64,000 nt of DNA from Seison nebaliae (lineage: Eukaryota), in contig JALJEE010002185.1 of assembly GCA_023231475.1 (NCBI GenBank), forward strand, positions 62,001 through 126,000, read 5' to 3'. The notes under the pieces were generated by a model that was not told the DNA's origin, did not search any database, and was given only the letters and a program-made list of their open reading frames with translations. The position numbers were made by a program, and so were the translations under genes. Positions 50,301 through 63,222 of this stretch are shown piece by piece (position 1 is the stretch's first letter; every line of letters starts with the position of its first letter).

Positions 50301-50786
50301 TTTACGATAAGTAAATTATTTGATCTTCTATCAAAAAATTATTATCATATATTCACTGAAAAAACGATAATTAGATTTGATGAATTAATTTAATTCTGGT
50401 GATGATGTTTTCTTCAATCACTTACTATTCTCAATATGCGGCAAATGACTCAATTAAATTTGATGAGATCGGATTAATAATAGAAATCGATTGAAATGAA
50501 ATTCAATCCATTTGGATAAAATGATCAAATTTTTTATTATCGAAAATTCGATTTTATCACTTCTTTATTACTTTTCCCATTTCGAAAAAAAATTTATTAT
50601 TATTTTCCACTTATTCCATTGATTCTAATTCCATAAACAAATCTGTTTTTTTTTTATAGAGAAATTGTTATAAAAATCTTTTAATTAAAAAATTCTCCAT
50701 AGAATTCTTTGTAAATTTTTAAATTTTCCCGATACGTTAAAGGAATTTATTAAGAAGAATAATTTATTTTAATTTTGATCGAATCT

Positions 50787-52970
50787 CTAATAATGACTTA
50801 TAGACAACCAGAGAATATCCTTCTCATAGAATAATTGACTGGGATCGACAGTGGCTGCATTTCTTGCTGCTGTCAATGTTGTCATTGATGTCATCAGATC
50901 TAAAGGTTCACGTACTCTCATTCGTACTTGTAATTGAGCACCAGTAGGTCGTCGTCCATTCATTAAATCATATACATCTTCTACTGTTGCATTTGATTCA
51001 AGAGATTTCAATGGAATATTTGCTATTCCAATGGAACGTTCAGAACGAAAAATTCCAGGTTTATAGTTGATGGAAATTTGAGCATTTCGAACTGCAATTA
51101 TGCGACTAAAACGACGGTCTCTCGTATTAATTAGAATTTTAAATGAATCATTATAATCAGGTTCGACACCTCTCGCTTTCTTACCATCTCCTTCTTGTTT
51201 CTCGTCGGACGGATAAGGAAAAGTGTGATGGGGCCAAGTGTCGAATGCATCCGAATGAGAATAACCTTCAGGTAATCGATAACGAAGACCTCGAATTACA
51301 GTCAATTCTAATTGATCAGCTGCCAAATCAGGATTGGATTTGAGAATAGAAAAACTTCGTTTCTCATATTGATATGGAGGTGGCGAATGATTCTTTCTAT
51401 ATAACGTTTTGAGAACTTTCAATATCACTTCACCTTTCTGGACAAGATGTTCATAAAATGGAATTAAACTTTCATATTTACATCGACGACAATTTGCTAA
51501 TTGTTCCAATACCAAATTTAATTGTTCTTTTGCATCACCGATCAATTTTTTCAAAATCGCATGATCATCTCCTTCGATTTTTATAGGAACAATTTCTCCT
51601 TCCATTCTTTTCTCTTGATGAATTGGTATATTTCTTTTAGTTGATGAAGATGATGGAGAACGAGGTGCAGAAGGAACATCTTTCACATTGATCTTTAATC
51701 CTCTATTCACCATCGATTCCATTTGTTCGATTCGTTTTACAGTTCTCAAATAATCGATTGCTAACGATTTATTATGTTTCGATTTAGCATCAATTGCACA
51801 TTTTTTATATTGATTCCTTCGAATTTCTAATACTTTCAACATCTTCATCGCTTGAGGAGATGTACGCATAGGAACACTCTTACTCATATTACCTGGAACG
51901 TTATCGGTAATAGCTTGAATTGAACCTGTTTCATTATTCATTGATGGTATCTGTTTATTTGATCGAGTAGGAGATGGCAAATCATGAAAATTAGGTAATG
52001 TTGGTAAAGAATTATAATCGAATGGTCGTTTATTCTTATATGATCGTATTGCCTCATCATATTGTCCTACCAATCGATTATATCGTCTCATTTTTCTCGA
52101 ATCATCTGTTTTCTTCTTCATTTTCTCATATTCATTCTTACGGAAGAGTAATGCTTCCTCGAATGTCAAACTGGATTGATCAACATCTTCCTCAATCTTC
52201 GATTCTTCTACAACTGGAACTGACACTGGAATTGAGACCGGTTCAATTTTCGGAGATGGTTTCATTGGCACAATTGATTTTTCTTCTTTTTTTCCTTCTT
52301 TCTTTTCCAAATTTGGTAATTGTGGTGGTAAATCGGATATTTGTATTCCTGGCCCTTTCTCTTCCAACATTTTCATAAGTTTCTGATGAATAGAAAAATA
52401 AATATTCGATCTACTTTCATCTCCTTCACTTTTACATTTCTCACTCGCCTCTCGATATTTGTCACACAATTCAATTGCTTTCTCAAGTGCATTATCATCG
52501 TTTCTTACATTTCTTTCAAGTTCTTCATTTTCTGTTGTTGTTGTTGTTGTTTGTAAATGTTCTTCAAAATTATTTTCATCATCCGAAATATTTTCATGTT
52601 GTTGTGTTTGCTGATTTTTTAGAATGATTGGTGCTGGAAGTTCTTCAGGAGATATGGAAATTCCTCTCATTTCTTTCTTTTTCCATTCTTCCAATTGTCC
52701 CAATTGTCGTTTATATCGTCGTAATTTCATTGATGGGAGATCAGGTTGTTCAATTGCTAATTTATAATTTCTAATTCTTTCATCTATTATCGATTGTTGT
52801 TTCTTTTCAGTTTTAACCGATGTCGGTTTAAATGTTTCCTCTTCTCCAACTAATTCTTCCAACTCTCTTAATAAATCTTCATCATTATCATTCGAAAGAT
52901 CTGGTGGCGGCCCACCAAATCCACCTTGACTTCCCAGAATTTTTTGCATTTCTTTATTGAAATCTTCCAT
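50787..52970 (-). CDS. CC2D1: Coiled-coil and C2 domain protein CC2D1 / lethal(2) giant discs, intronless
   Basis: Four DM14 repeats (e.g. LLFRKNEYEK..KMRRYNRLVGQYDEAI..DYNSLPTLP), N-terminal DEDLLRELEEL, C-terminal C2 domain (GRRPTGAQLQVRMRVREPL). First ATG at 52970. Confidence 0.92.
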   Translation of the reverse strand: MEDFNKEMQKILGSQGGFGGPPPDLSNDNDEDLLRELEELVGEEETFKPTSVKTEKKQQSIIDERIRNYKLAIEQPDLPSMKLRRYKRQLGQLEEWKKKEMRGISISPEELPAPIILKNQQTQQHENISDDENNFEEHLQTTTTTTENEELERNVRNDDNALEKAIELCDKYREASEKCKSEGDESRSNIYFSIHQKLMKMLEEKGPGIQISDLPPQLPNLEKKEGKKEEKSIVPMKPSPKIEPVSIPVSVPVVEESKIEEDVDQSSLTFEEALLFRKNEYEKMKKKTDDSRKMRRYNRLVGQYDEAIRSYKNKRPFDYNSLPTLPNFHDLPSPTRSNKQIPSMNNETGSIQAITDNVPGNMSKSVPMRTSPQAMKMLKVLEIRRNQYKKCAIDAKSKHNKSLAIDYLRTVKRIEQMESMVNRGLKINVKDVPSAPRSPSSSSTKRNIPIHQEKRMEGEIVPIKIEGDDHAILKKLIGDAKEQLNLVLEQLANCRRCKYESLIPFYEHLVQKGEVILKVLKTLYRKNHSPPPYQYEKRSFSILKSNPDLAADQLELTVIRGLRYRLPEGYSHSDAFDTWPHHTFPYPSDEKQEGDGKKARGVEPDYNDSFKILINTRDRRFSRIIAVRNAQISINYKPGIFRSERSIGIANIPLKSLESNATVEDVYDLMNGRRPTGAQLQVRMRVREPLDLMTSMTTLTAARNAATVDPSQLFYEKDILWLSISHY

Positions 52971-53202
52971 CTCCTTTCCACTTGACGTTATATGATACAA
53001 TTACAAAAAATTCATTAAATAAACAAAAAAAATCTTCAAATCAATTTTTTTATCAAATTAATCATTCAATTTGTATCGAAGTGATATCATTTCAACAACA
53101 AACAATTTTATCCCAAAAAAATTTTAAAGTAAATTTCTTCAAATTTTTAGTTTTTCTTGAAATACATAACTCTACAACGATCATATCAGAATTGTAAAGA
53201 AA

Positions 53203-53576
53203 ATGGATGAAATGCCAAATATGTCCAATCTTTCCACGAACGACCGAGACAAAATTCTCACTAACGTTAAACAACAACTAGCAATGGCACAAGCACAAGA
53301 ATTACTTCAAGTTTCTTTCTTCCAATTTTCATTGAATTCTCTTCACAATTAAAATTTGTCAGAAAATTTCAGATAAATGTTTCTCGGCTTGTATCACTAA
53401 ACCATCAACCAGTCTCAGTCGTTACGAAGAAGTTAATTTTTCTCATTTTATTTCAATTCAAATTTATTCTCAATCTTTAGACTTGTTTAGGTAACTGTAT
53501 GGATCGATATATGGAATCGTGGAGAATAGTTTCAAAATCGTTCATGGCCAAAGCTCAAGAAAGTCAATTCAATTAA
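53203..53576 (+). CDS. TIMM13: Mitochondrial small Tim chaperone TIM13, 3 exons (absent from the ORF track)
   Basis: VKQQLAMAQAQELLQ / KISDKCFSACITKPSTSLSRYEE / TCLGNCMDRYMESWRIVSKSF: twin CX3C motif; donors GTTTCT and GTTAAT. Confidence 0.93.
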
Positions 53577-54160
53577 AACATTTTTTGTAAAATTTCTTTC
53601 AGAATAAATACTTTTTATTCTTGATTCTTTTAACATATAAGTTTAAGTTCAATTTTTCAATTTTCATTTTATAAGTAGAAACTTTTACATATTTTCCATT
53701 GTAAATGAATGAGAGAAGAATGAAAGATATTCAGTATTATTTAAAAGACAATAAAAATGAATAGAATTTGATTTGAAATGAAGAAATGATGAATTATCAA
53801 ATAATTAGAATCGATACTCGATTAATTAACCTATGATCGACCGATAAAGAATACTCAAAAGTTTTGGGAAAAGAAACGAAATAGAAGAAGATTTTTTAAG
53901 AAAACTTTTGTACTGTGAAATGTGGAAATTAATTATGGATCGATTAATTAATTGGTAGATGAATGATCATCAAATGACCTTTAACAATTAAACTTTGGAA
54001 ATAAATCTCATTCCTGGGAGAGAGAAATGCCAAGGAAGAAATAAAAGGAAAACTAGTTCATAAAAGAAGAATGGAAAATGAATCTAAAATGTTTATAGAC
54101 TTCCTAAAAAGAGACAGACATAATAAAAATAAAGTTCCTAGATTATATATCAAGATATAC

Positions 54161-55147
54161 TTATCCTAAATCGTATAATTCCAACATTTCTTTTTCTAAT
54201 TTCTTTTGGACAATTTGTTCAATGAAAACCTTTCGACGCCAACCTCGATAATTTTTCAATTGATCTGTAGCTACTTCTCCATTTTCTCCAGCCGTTTTTC
54301 GTTTCCTGGAATTTTTCAAAATTTTCCTTTTTCCATTTGTTGTGCATTTCTTTCGCTCTTCATCTGGAGAGAAGTTTTCATTCACATTCTTCCCATTCTC
54401 ATTTGGCGAAGTGCCGATTCCTGAATGATCGGAGGGTTGATCGTTTGCAATGTTGTGATTGGTTTGCGATTGATTTTGTTGGAGTTGTTGATGATTATTT
54501 AATTGTTTTAAGAATTCGTAAATCTGATATATTTGTTTTACATGTTGGGAGTTTGTCAAAGTGGAATTCTGATTAAGGATTGAAAAGAATTTTTCTTTCA
54601 TATTTTGCTCCTCTAATTCTTTCTGTCGTTTTATCTGTTGGATGATCTGCGAAAAATTAATTCGATTTACATTGTCGTCATTATTCTCCATAAGTGTGTT
54701 CGCATTTATCGGTAATGAAACTTGTTGAGGAGTCGGAGATGTCGATGAAATTGACTCAGTTTGTGGTGAGCATCCACTATCATTTGATGATGTATCCATA
54801 TCGAAAGAATTTTCGTGTTTGAAATTTCTGTGATTCTGTTTGGGCCAAGGATATTTTTTAGATTCCGTGACGATCATCTTGGATGAATGAATATTTGAAA
54901 TATTCTCAACTGTTCTCTCTGAGTGAATGGTTGGTGGATTGTCATTCATTTCATGAGTAAACGAATTATTTGATTGAAATATTTGATTGGTATCGAATGA
55001 TGTTGTTGAATTAAAATGGAGAGGAAATAATTGTGGGTATACTGTTGGTGATATTGGTATAGATGGACGAGCTAGATGATCATTCTTCTCATCATAATAT
55101 TGTCCATTACATAAATTTTTATCTTGTAAAAATAATAATTGATTCAT
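54161..55147 (-). CDS. Uncharacterised 328-aa N/S/Q-rich protein with a basic (NLS-like) C-terminal region
   Basis: Long ORF in AT-rich DNA; KRKILKNSRKRK and NYRGWRRKVFIEQIVQKKLE near the end. No family recognised. Confidence 0.6.
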   Translation of the reverse strand: MNQLLFLQDKNLCNGQYYDEKNDHLARPSIPISPTVYPQLFPLHFNSTTSFDTNQIFQSNNSFTHEMNDNPPTIHSERTVENISNIHSSKMIVTESKKYPWPKQNHRNFKHENSFDMDTSSNDSGCSPQTESISSTSPTPQQVSLPINANTLMENNDDNVNRINFSQIIQQIKRQKELEEQNMKEKFFSILNQNSTLTNSQHVKQIYQIYEFLKQLNNHQQLQQNQSQTNHNIANDQPSDHSGIGTSPNENGKNVNENFSPDEERKKCTTNGKRKILKNSRKRKTAGENGEVATDQLKNYRGWRRKVFIEQIVQKKLEKEMLELYDLG

Positions 55148-58100
55148 TATCAGATCGTGATTACAATTCTCTTATTCCTCTTCGAAAATTCCGTTTCAGT
55201 TATTCACGATTTCTCCAATTCGATGTCTTAATATGCATCATAAAAATTATATACTAATAACAAATTAAGAAAAAGGAAAGATTTTTTTATTAGTTTAAGG
55301 ATAATTCTACCACATTCACATGTTGCAGACTAGAATGGAAATAACTGGAATCGAACTGGAAATTGTAGAGTTCGATCTTCTAGAAAATTAAGGGAGTGAA
55401 GGAAATCATTCGAAAATCTTTATATGGACACAGATTATGTGAGACGAGCGAATTAGAATAATATTACGTTCACTAACGAAATAAATAGAATAGGAACAGA
55501 TTGTTGGACGTTATCCGGACTGTTCTCAACTCATTGATTTCTTATTAGAAAAGGTCAGTTATCAACCTTAATTTCGGACTTTTCTCAATTTTCTAGTGTT
55601 ATTTCAGAAACTTTTGAACCTTTCGAAGTGTTCTTGTGTAATTATTTTCCTAATAAAAAAAAGAAAAGGTTAACAATTGTCCTCCAATGTGTTGGACGTC
55701 ATTAAATCTAATAAACTATTTATTTAATGCCGAATATTTACGACGACAATGAAACTATATAGAGTTGTGCATATTCTGCACGTGTCTTCAATCAGAAGAT
55801 ATTGATGGATATAACATCATTCAATGACAGATTATCATAATATAATTAGATAGGATTGAAATTAATATGTAGAATAAATGGACAATTAAATTTGCAATGA
55901 TTAAATGAGACTTCTCTTACTCCAAGTGAATATTTGTCAGTGTTAGTGGAGGAAACGTTTCTCCCAGAATGGAAACTCTGAGAACAAACCATATTTCGTG
56001 GTGTTGCTTCAATCGCTAATATCCTTTATATAATATCGATCGATTATTATTTCCATCGAATAAGATTAGTATAATAATATTTAGAAAACGTAGCTGATAT
56101 TATTAGAAGGTATAGCGGATTATACAGTAGGAATTACGTGTATATTAATGTACATATTTAGAATGAAAATAAGAAGGTATCATACCTACAAGTCGAAATG
56201 GGAATTCATCATTGTTATACTATATCATTGTCTTAGGTTTCCTGAAAAGTTTCCGTTCTCTACTGTTCTTAATCAAGTACTCTTTCTTCAACTTAAAAAT
56301 AGCATATTGAAGAGAAATAAAATTCTTCTGCTTATTTCCTTTTCTCGTTTGATTACATTTAAGTTAAAATAAAATGAAGTTGAAAGATCTCCATTTTATT
56401 AGTTCATACGACAAAATACCATTCGGAAGAGTTGAATGAATAGAGAATGAAGAGTTGGAGCTTAAGGAATAACATTTCTTAATATGTACAACGAGGAGAT
56501 GACGAGAAACTTTTAACTTCGAGTCGTTAAAATTCAAATTATCAGATAAAAATCTCAATAGTTAGTGCTAGACACAATTTTGGAATTGCCATAAATCCGA
56601 GAAGAAATGTTACTTTCCTCTTCTTACCTTTCACTTCGTCAAAGGTTATTCCTTTCTTGAAGTAGAACAATATTCTACTTTTTTACCTAAACGCTAGAGT
56701 AAATTATTCTTTTTTAAATCTCCCTCGAAAAAGTGAATTGAAAAGGAGAAAGGAAACATTTAATGATTTTCAATGAAATTACCATTTATAAGATAGTTAC
56801 ATATTAGATATTTGCATTTTGCATAATATCTCCCATTTGACATGAGTTAAAACAATAGTGTCACAAATTTTATTCAATTAAAAATTGATTCTTTCGAATT
56901 CAATTATACTTCATCAACAGTCTAACATTCGTTAAGTATTACGTCTTCTATCGTTCCAAGTAAGAAAATTTCCATTTGATATTATTTGCTTAAGTTTAAT
57001 ATGGAAATAGTTAAAACAACAATAGATGAAAGCTCATTTCAAAGTTGTGCTATACGAGAGTGGAACATGGATACTAGTCTGGAAAATAGAATGGAAGAAA
57101 TGGTAGCTAACGAATTGGTAACGGGAAAGAAAATATTGGAAAGAAAGCCGTCCGTTAACCGAGAAACGGAAAATGAAGGAAATTACTAATCTTCTCATTT
57201 CACCAAAATTGGATTGTTGTCGCAAACGAAAACTTCTTAGTTGAGATGTAATAGATAACATTGTAGATGTTTATCTTGTTGACTACTTATCTGTGTCTAA
57301 TAACTCTAACTAAATGATGTGAAGTTGTGTACTTTTTAAGTATATCTTCATCACACATTAACAATTATTCGAAACTAATCTTTTCAATACAACTCTCTAA
57401 AAAAAGAGAATATTACAATGCCATAAAAACTGGACAAGGTCATAATAAAATTTTTACTTTTTGTGTAATTTTTTTACTTATTCTTCTCCTCTTCCTTCTT
57501 TCCTCATTTTCGCTTTCTCCAGGACGTCCAACAATGAAGACACATTATATCTTATATAAATAACGGAAAGGAAATGTTAAAATTTCATGAGTTATTAAAC
57601 AATATTTCGGGAGAACATTTGTGTATAAAGATAAATAATCTTACAATTTATGGACAAACCGGACAAGATATGGTGGAATGTGATACATGAGAATTTAAAT
57701 TAATAATGCGATTTGACAAGTTAACCCTACATTAATTCAACTGTTTATCTCCTCCATATAACTTCCACACTCTCAATCGATCGATAATTAGAGCTGTTAA
57801 AGCATTTCTTAATAATTTGATGATTGTAAATGAATGACCTTCTCCCATCCTATATCTCTTTTCCCATTCATTTTCCTTCTCAATCTGTTAACTGTGTCTA
57901 CATTTCGGTTCAGTTTTTCTTCGGATTTAAACGGAAAAAGTAAACACTTCAAAATTAAACATGATTGTGTAATATTAGATGGTGAGATGTAACATGTCAT
58001 ATGAGGGAAATATCCATCATTAATCAAACACAATGAGAATTGGAACAAATGATATAGAAGTGAAATGAAACCACCATTTTTCATTCCTCATACGCAAAAC

Positions 58101-59567
58101 GAATAATTACTGTCCTTCTTTTTCGTCCATTAAACATCTATGGGATTAAACAATTTGGTAACATTCGATAATTCTTTCGAGTTAATATATGCTCATTATA
58201 ATACATCTACTCTGGAAAAACTTCGCTGTCTGGGTAACGAAGATTAATTGACGTACATGCGAACAAGAATCAATGTGTTCTCGATAACGGACAAATGTCA
58301 TTTAAGTCGGTTCAATCTTTAATCTCCTCCTCACTTAATCGAATATCTAGTCGATTGTCTTCTTTTTTCTCTTTTCCTCCTGCACTTCTACTTATTCCAC
58401 GATTTGGTAAATATTATTTGCTGAATAAAAACATTTGATATTAAACGTCCATTTTTTAATTTTTCCTTTCGTCCTTCCTTTTTTTCACGAATTTTTTAAT
58501 GTTTTTTTAAGGAAAATTTTTTATCTCTTTACCCCTTTATTCCCCGTACGACTATCGTTTGTCATGGATATTCGGAAATTGAACGGTATCGAAAATTTAT
58601 TGTTAGAATATACTGGTAAAAAATTCCAAAAAACCAAAATATTTCACTAGCAAATTGGAAATATTTTATTATTACAATTACCAAAATTAATGAGGTTTCC
58701 CACATATTATGTGTACATGCAAGAATCTATTATATGAAGGTCATTCATGGAACAACGTAACCAAAATGAATATTCGACGAAGTGTATGAATTATTAATTT
58801 CATATCGAAACAAGTGTTTAATAAACATGTAACATATATACTGTATACATATCAATCTTCTTCATATCATTCGTAATTGCCAATAAGGTCATAATTGCCA
58901 ATGAGGAAAGAAAAAGAAATTTTCTGAATTTTGGTTATCCACAACGATGAATAATTGAGTCCTCAAACAAGATATAATATTAAAAATTATGGTTCATATG
59001 TTTCAATTGAGGAAAACACATGAGATGATGAATTAAGATGAATGCTCATTATGAATAATTATAAATACTTTTCGACTTATGCTAATGAAGAATAAGAAGA
59101 TGAAGAATTAATTAAAAAATTTTACCATTCCACGAAAATTAGAAAAATAGAATGTTAGGTCTTTGAATGTTTCGCAATTAATGATGATAATTCTTATTAA
59201 CATACTGGAGGAGAATTTCCGTGCACTATTTCCAGATAAAATGACGAAAATTCTAGCACATGAATATTTATAAGAGGACTGATGAATTCGCTTATAATCT
59301 GACAAGAGAAATATCCGCAAACAGAATATAATCGGACCAATTCGTGCATAGAATTCTAGAGATTCATTAATCATTTCTTAATCGCTTTAATTCCATTCAT
59401 ATCTCCAAGAAATTTTGAGTTCGTTCTGATGAAATTATCAGTATATAGAATTTTCTTTAAAATCTTGGAAAATTGTTTAATAAAAATAATCAAAACTTTT
59501 TGTATTAAAAAAAAGAATAAAATTTAAAAGATGAATTGAAAATTTGAGGTACGTATTTATGAAAGTT

Positions 59568-62500
59568 TTATGTCGACTTATTTTCTACCTTTTGTTCGGT
59601 CCGAAGATTCTCTAATAATTCCATTGGAACTGGTAAAATGACAGTTGAATTACGATTCTCTTTTGTAATTGCTTTCAATGTTTGCATGTATTTCAATTGC
59701 ATAGCATGCGGAGATTCAGTTAATGCATCAGCGGCTCGTTTTAATTTCATTGAGGCTCTCTCTTCATCTTCAGCCAACAATAATTTTACCTTACTTTGAC
59801 GGCTGGCCGTAGCTTCTTCAATCATTTGCTTTTGCATATTTGTTGGAACTTTAATATCTTTTCTGTAAATCAGGAATCATTTCAACAAACTTTATTAAGT
59901 GACATAAAAGAAACATTTCAATTTTCTCGACATTTACTCCCCACTCTTTGACTAAGTCATTAGTTTCGTTCTAAAAATGCATTAAAGGTATTTGAAGAAA
60001 TATTTAAGATTTTCAACTTTTATTTGAAGCGCTGCATTTTCACGTTGACCGATTAATGAGAATAATGTATATGAACTGGTTATAGTTCTCAATTTGTTGG
60101 AAGCGATTAATCTTGTACTTTTCACCGAATTCTCTACGTTTCTCACCGATGCAATCACATCGACAATACGAAAATACATTGTTGCATCAATTAAAATCCA
60201 GGCAGCATCTATTGTCAGTAACTGAAAGAGTCGACGATTATCTCTATATTTTGTTAGGAAGAATAAACTTGGACTGGTGGAATGTCACATGTTATTGTTC
60301 TGATATCTACTCTTGTCAACGAGTCGATGCATGGCAAAATAAATATGAGGCCAGGTCCTTTAACCTTCTCGTTCGTTTTACATTTTCCCAAACGATATAT
60401 AACAGCTCGTTCGAAATCTTGTATCACCTGAATGAAATGAATGACAAAATTGAAAATTGAAAAAAAAAATAACTTTTAAACAGATACATAATGAAAAGGG
60501 GAATGTAATTATGATTAGAAGCCAACATAACAGAGTTAAAAAATGTCGACAGAATGTTAAGTTACCTTTGTTTAGCGATTCGTCTAGAAAGAGTTATGGT
60601 TAATATTTAATATGAAAATGTTTGAAACTCGACACGGTGTTGATGTTAAGAGAGATATCATTGCTTTGAATTTGTTTATCATCGTTTATCTTCTGGAAAT
60701 CGGGAGATTTGAATGAGAGAAGTTTAAAATTAGTTACGCTCATAAAAATATGAATATGCTCCGAAATAGTTCGTCTGTATATAGTTTGGAGAAGTAAATG
60801 TCTTCACAAGAATTATTTATGTTTTGGAAATAGACAAATTTCTCTAGGAAGAAGCAGATCCACTCGGAAGAATGTTAAATGGAGAATATCCAAGAAATAA
60901 AATTAAAAAGAATCGTTGCCGATACAGGAGAAGGAAGAATTAGAGGAAAATCGTTTCAAATGATTAATGAAGAAGTATTAACTGATAGGAAATGGACGAA
61001 GTGGAGAAGACTAGGAATGCCTAGGTGAATCTGAGAGAGAAGTGAAAGAAACAAACCATATTATTCGTTATTTTCGCTTGACAAGAATTGAGTCTTTTCG
61101 ATGATTTATCTTCATCAACTGCAGATTGTAAATGAGAATTCAATTGGTCTTCGGTTAATGACCATTGAATTAATGGTGATCGTCTTCGTTTGAACGAATA
61201 TTGTTCTCTATCCATTCCCGATGTAATGGTATGTGATCGTTTATTGTTGAAAATGCACGAATTGGGATGGACAGATGGTTTGTAATTGTTTGGAAGGAAT
61301 TGTGCACGATCTTTCATTCGGTAATCGGTTGATGATGTTACAGTACCAGTAGAGATGGATGATAAAGTGGTTGTTGTTTTTGGTTTTATGACAGTTGTTG
61401 GTTTGGATGAAGTGGAAAGTAAAGAATCCAATATGTTATATGAATTTGACGTTGGAAATTTTGATTTATTTCGAGCCGTATCAATCGAAGATGAGCTGTG
61501 AAGGATGTTTGTATTTCGAAGAATTCCTTTCGGAGATTGCACCACCGGAAATTTATAGTTAGAATAATCTTGATTAGTTATATCGGATTGCGTGTCAGTC
61601 GATTGATTAGCGGGCAAACTGTTTCGATGTGAAAATTTATCAAAAATTTTGTGATGACTTTCTACTTGTTGTTGTTTGGAAGCGAGATTATAATATTGTT
61701 CTTTGCTTAGTTTTGCAAATACGCACTGCTTTCCAGAATTCCTTTGGTTATAATACGAACAATGGTCATTTGACGGTAAATGTGTTTTTGGGAATAATGT
61801 GTATTTTGTCTTATGTTTAGTCTCCTGTATCGGGGTTGGTGAGCATAGATGATGATAAAGACAATTCTGTTGAAGTTTTTGTGAATGATGAGAATAAAGT
61901 TTTTTTTGTTGCTGATGATGATGTTGTTTATAACATTGGATATTCCGAGAATCGTTATCTTTTCTTTGGAAATAAGTTTTATTACAATTGAATGAATTAT
62001 TGTGCTTTATACATCTTGTCTGGTAATTAGAACCTGAATTTTGATCATTCTTAACAAAACACTCATCAGAGCGCATATTAGATGCATAGTTGTCGGGAGC
62101 ACATTCATCTATACGATCATTTACAAAATTAGGTATTTTCTCATTGACTGGATATTGTTGTTTTTGAGATTGGTGTTGTTGTTCTTGTTGGTGGCAATGT
62201 TGTAGTTGTTCTGGTTGTTGATGAATATATTGCGATTGTTCTAATGATTTCTTTTCAATACGAGTTTGGTGATGATTAAATTGTTGTTGTTTTTGTTGTT
62301 GTTGTTGCTGTTGTTGTTGCTTTCCAACATTACAATTGTGGGAATGAGAATGATGATTATGGAATTGATGATTAAGATGATCAAATTTTCGTTTCTTAAA
62401 AATTTCAAACTTCTTCGTATTGCCAGTATTCAAATTTCGACTTAATTCATTAATAATATTGTTCGAATTCTTTTCTAGATTGTTTCCATTATCATACAAA

Positions 62501-63222
62501 TAACTCTGATGTGCGAGTGCTGTGGATGAGATTAATGGCGAAACTTCATCGGACGGATCAGATTCTTTTGTTGTCGATTGTACATGATTTCTATGTACAT
62601 TATACTTCAGTTGCTTTTGTTTGATGTATGATTTATTTTCACTCGAATAGGAATCTAGACAATCATCGATATTTACATGTGAACAACCTTCCCGATTATC
62701 GACTAAAGAAAATTTATGTAATCGCTTCTTTACTCTCCTCTTCTCTTCACAACAATTACTTATTTCTTCAGTGATCTCCGGTTCTTTTTTTTTGATTTGC
62801 TGTTGTTCTTTCTGTCGCTGTTGAAATTTGGAATAAGCTTCTTTCCTTTCCGATTTTTCTCTTGGGAATTTTGGAGCAGATACACTTTTCTTTCGTTCAT
62901 CGAATTCTTTCTGTACGTTCGATTGTTCATTATCTAATCTTTCATTTACCTCATTAAGATTCTTATCAATGGCAACCTTTCCTGGATAAGTGTCAATTTT
63001 TTTCAATTTGGAATTTCCATCTGTTCCATTTGTTCTTTCTTTGTTCACGATTCTTTTTGCCTTCTCTTCTTCATTAACTATAATCTCCATTGCCAATGAA
63101 GTTCCTTCCTCCATATCACATGTAGATGGGAGATCCTTTGAATTATATGCCATTGTGCAACATGCTGATGATGATGATGATGATGTTGATGTTCTATCAG
63201 TTAAATCATTCGTCTGATACAT
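59568..63222 (-). CDS. Stomatin/MEC-2-like SPFH (band 7) protein with a very long low-complexity N-terminal exon, about 7 exons
   Basis: Core exons (60692-59568): IITFPFSLCICLK / VIQDFERAVIYRLG..KGPGLIFILPCID / WGVNVEKIEI / KDIKVPTNMQKQMIEEA..SPHAMQLKYMQTL..VILPVPMEL. The link to ORF 61057-63222 through a phase-0 GTTTGT..CCAG intron (61056-60693) is inferred. The core is certain and the N-terminal join less so. Confidence 0.8.
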
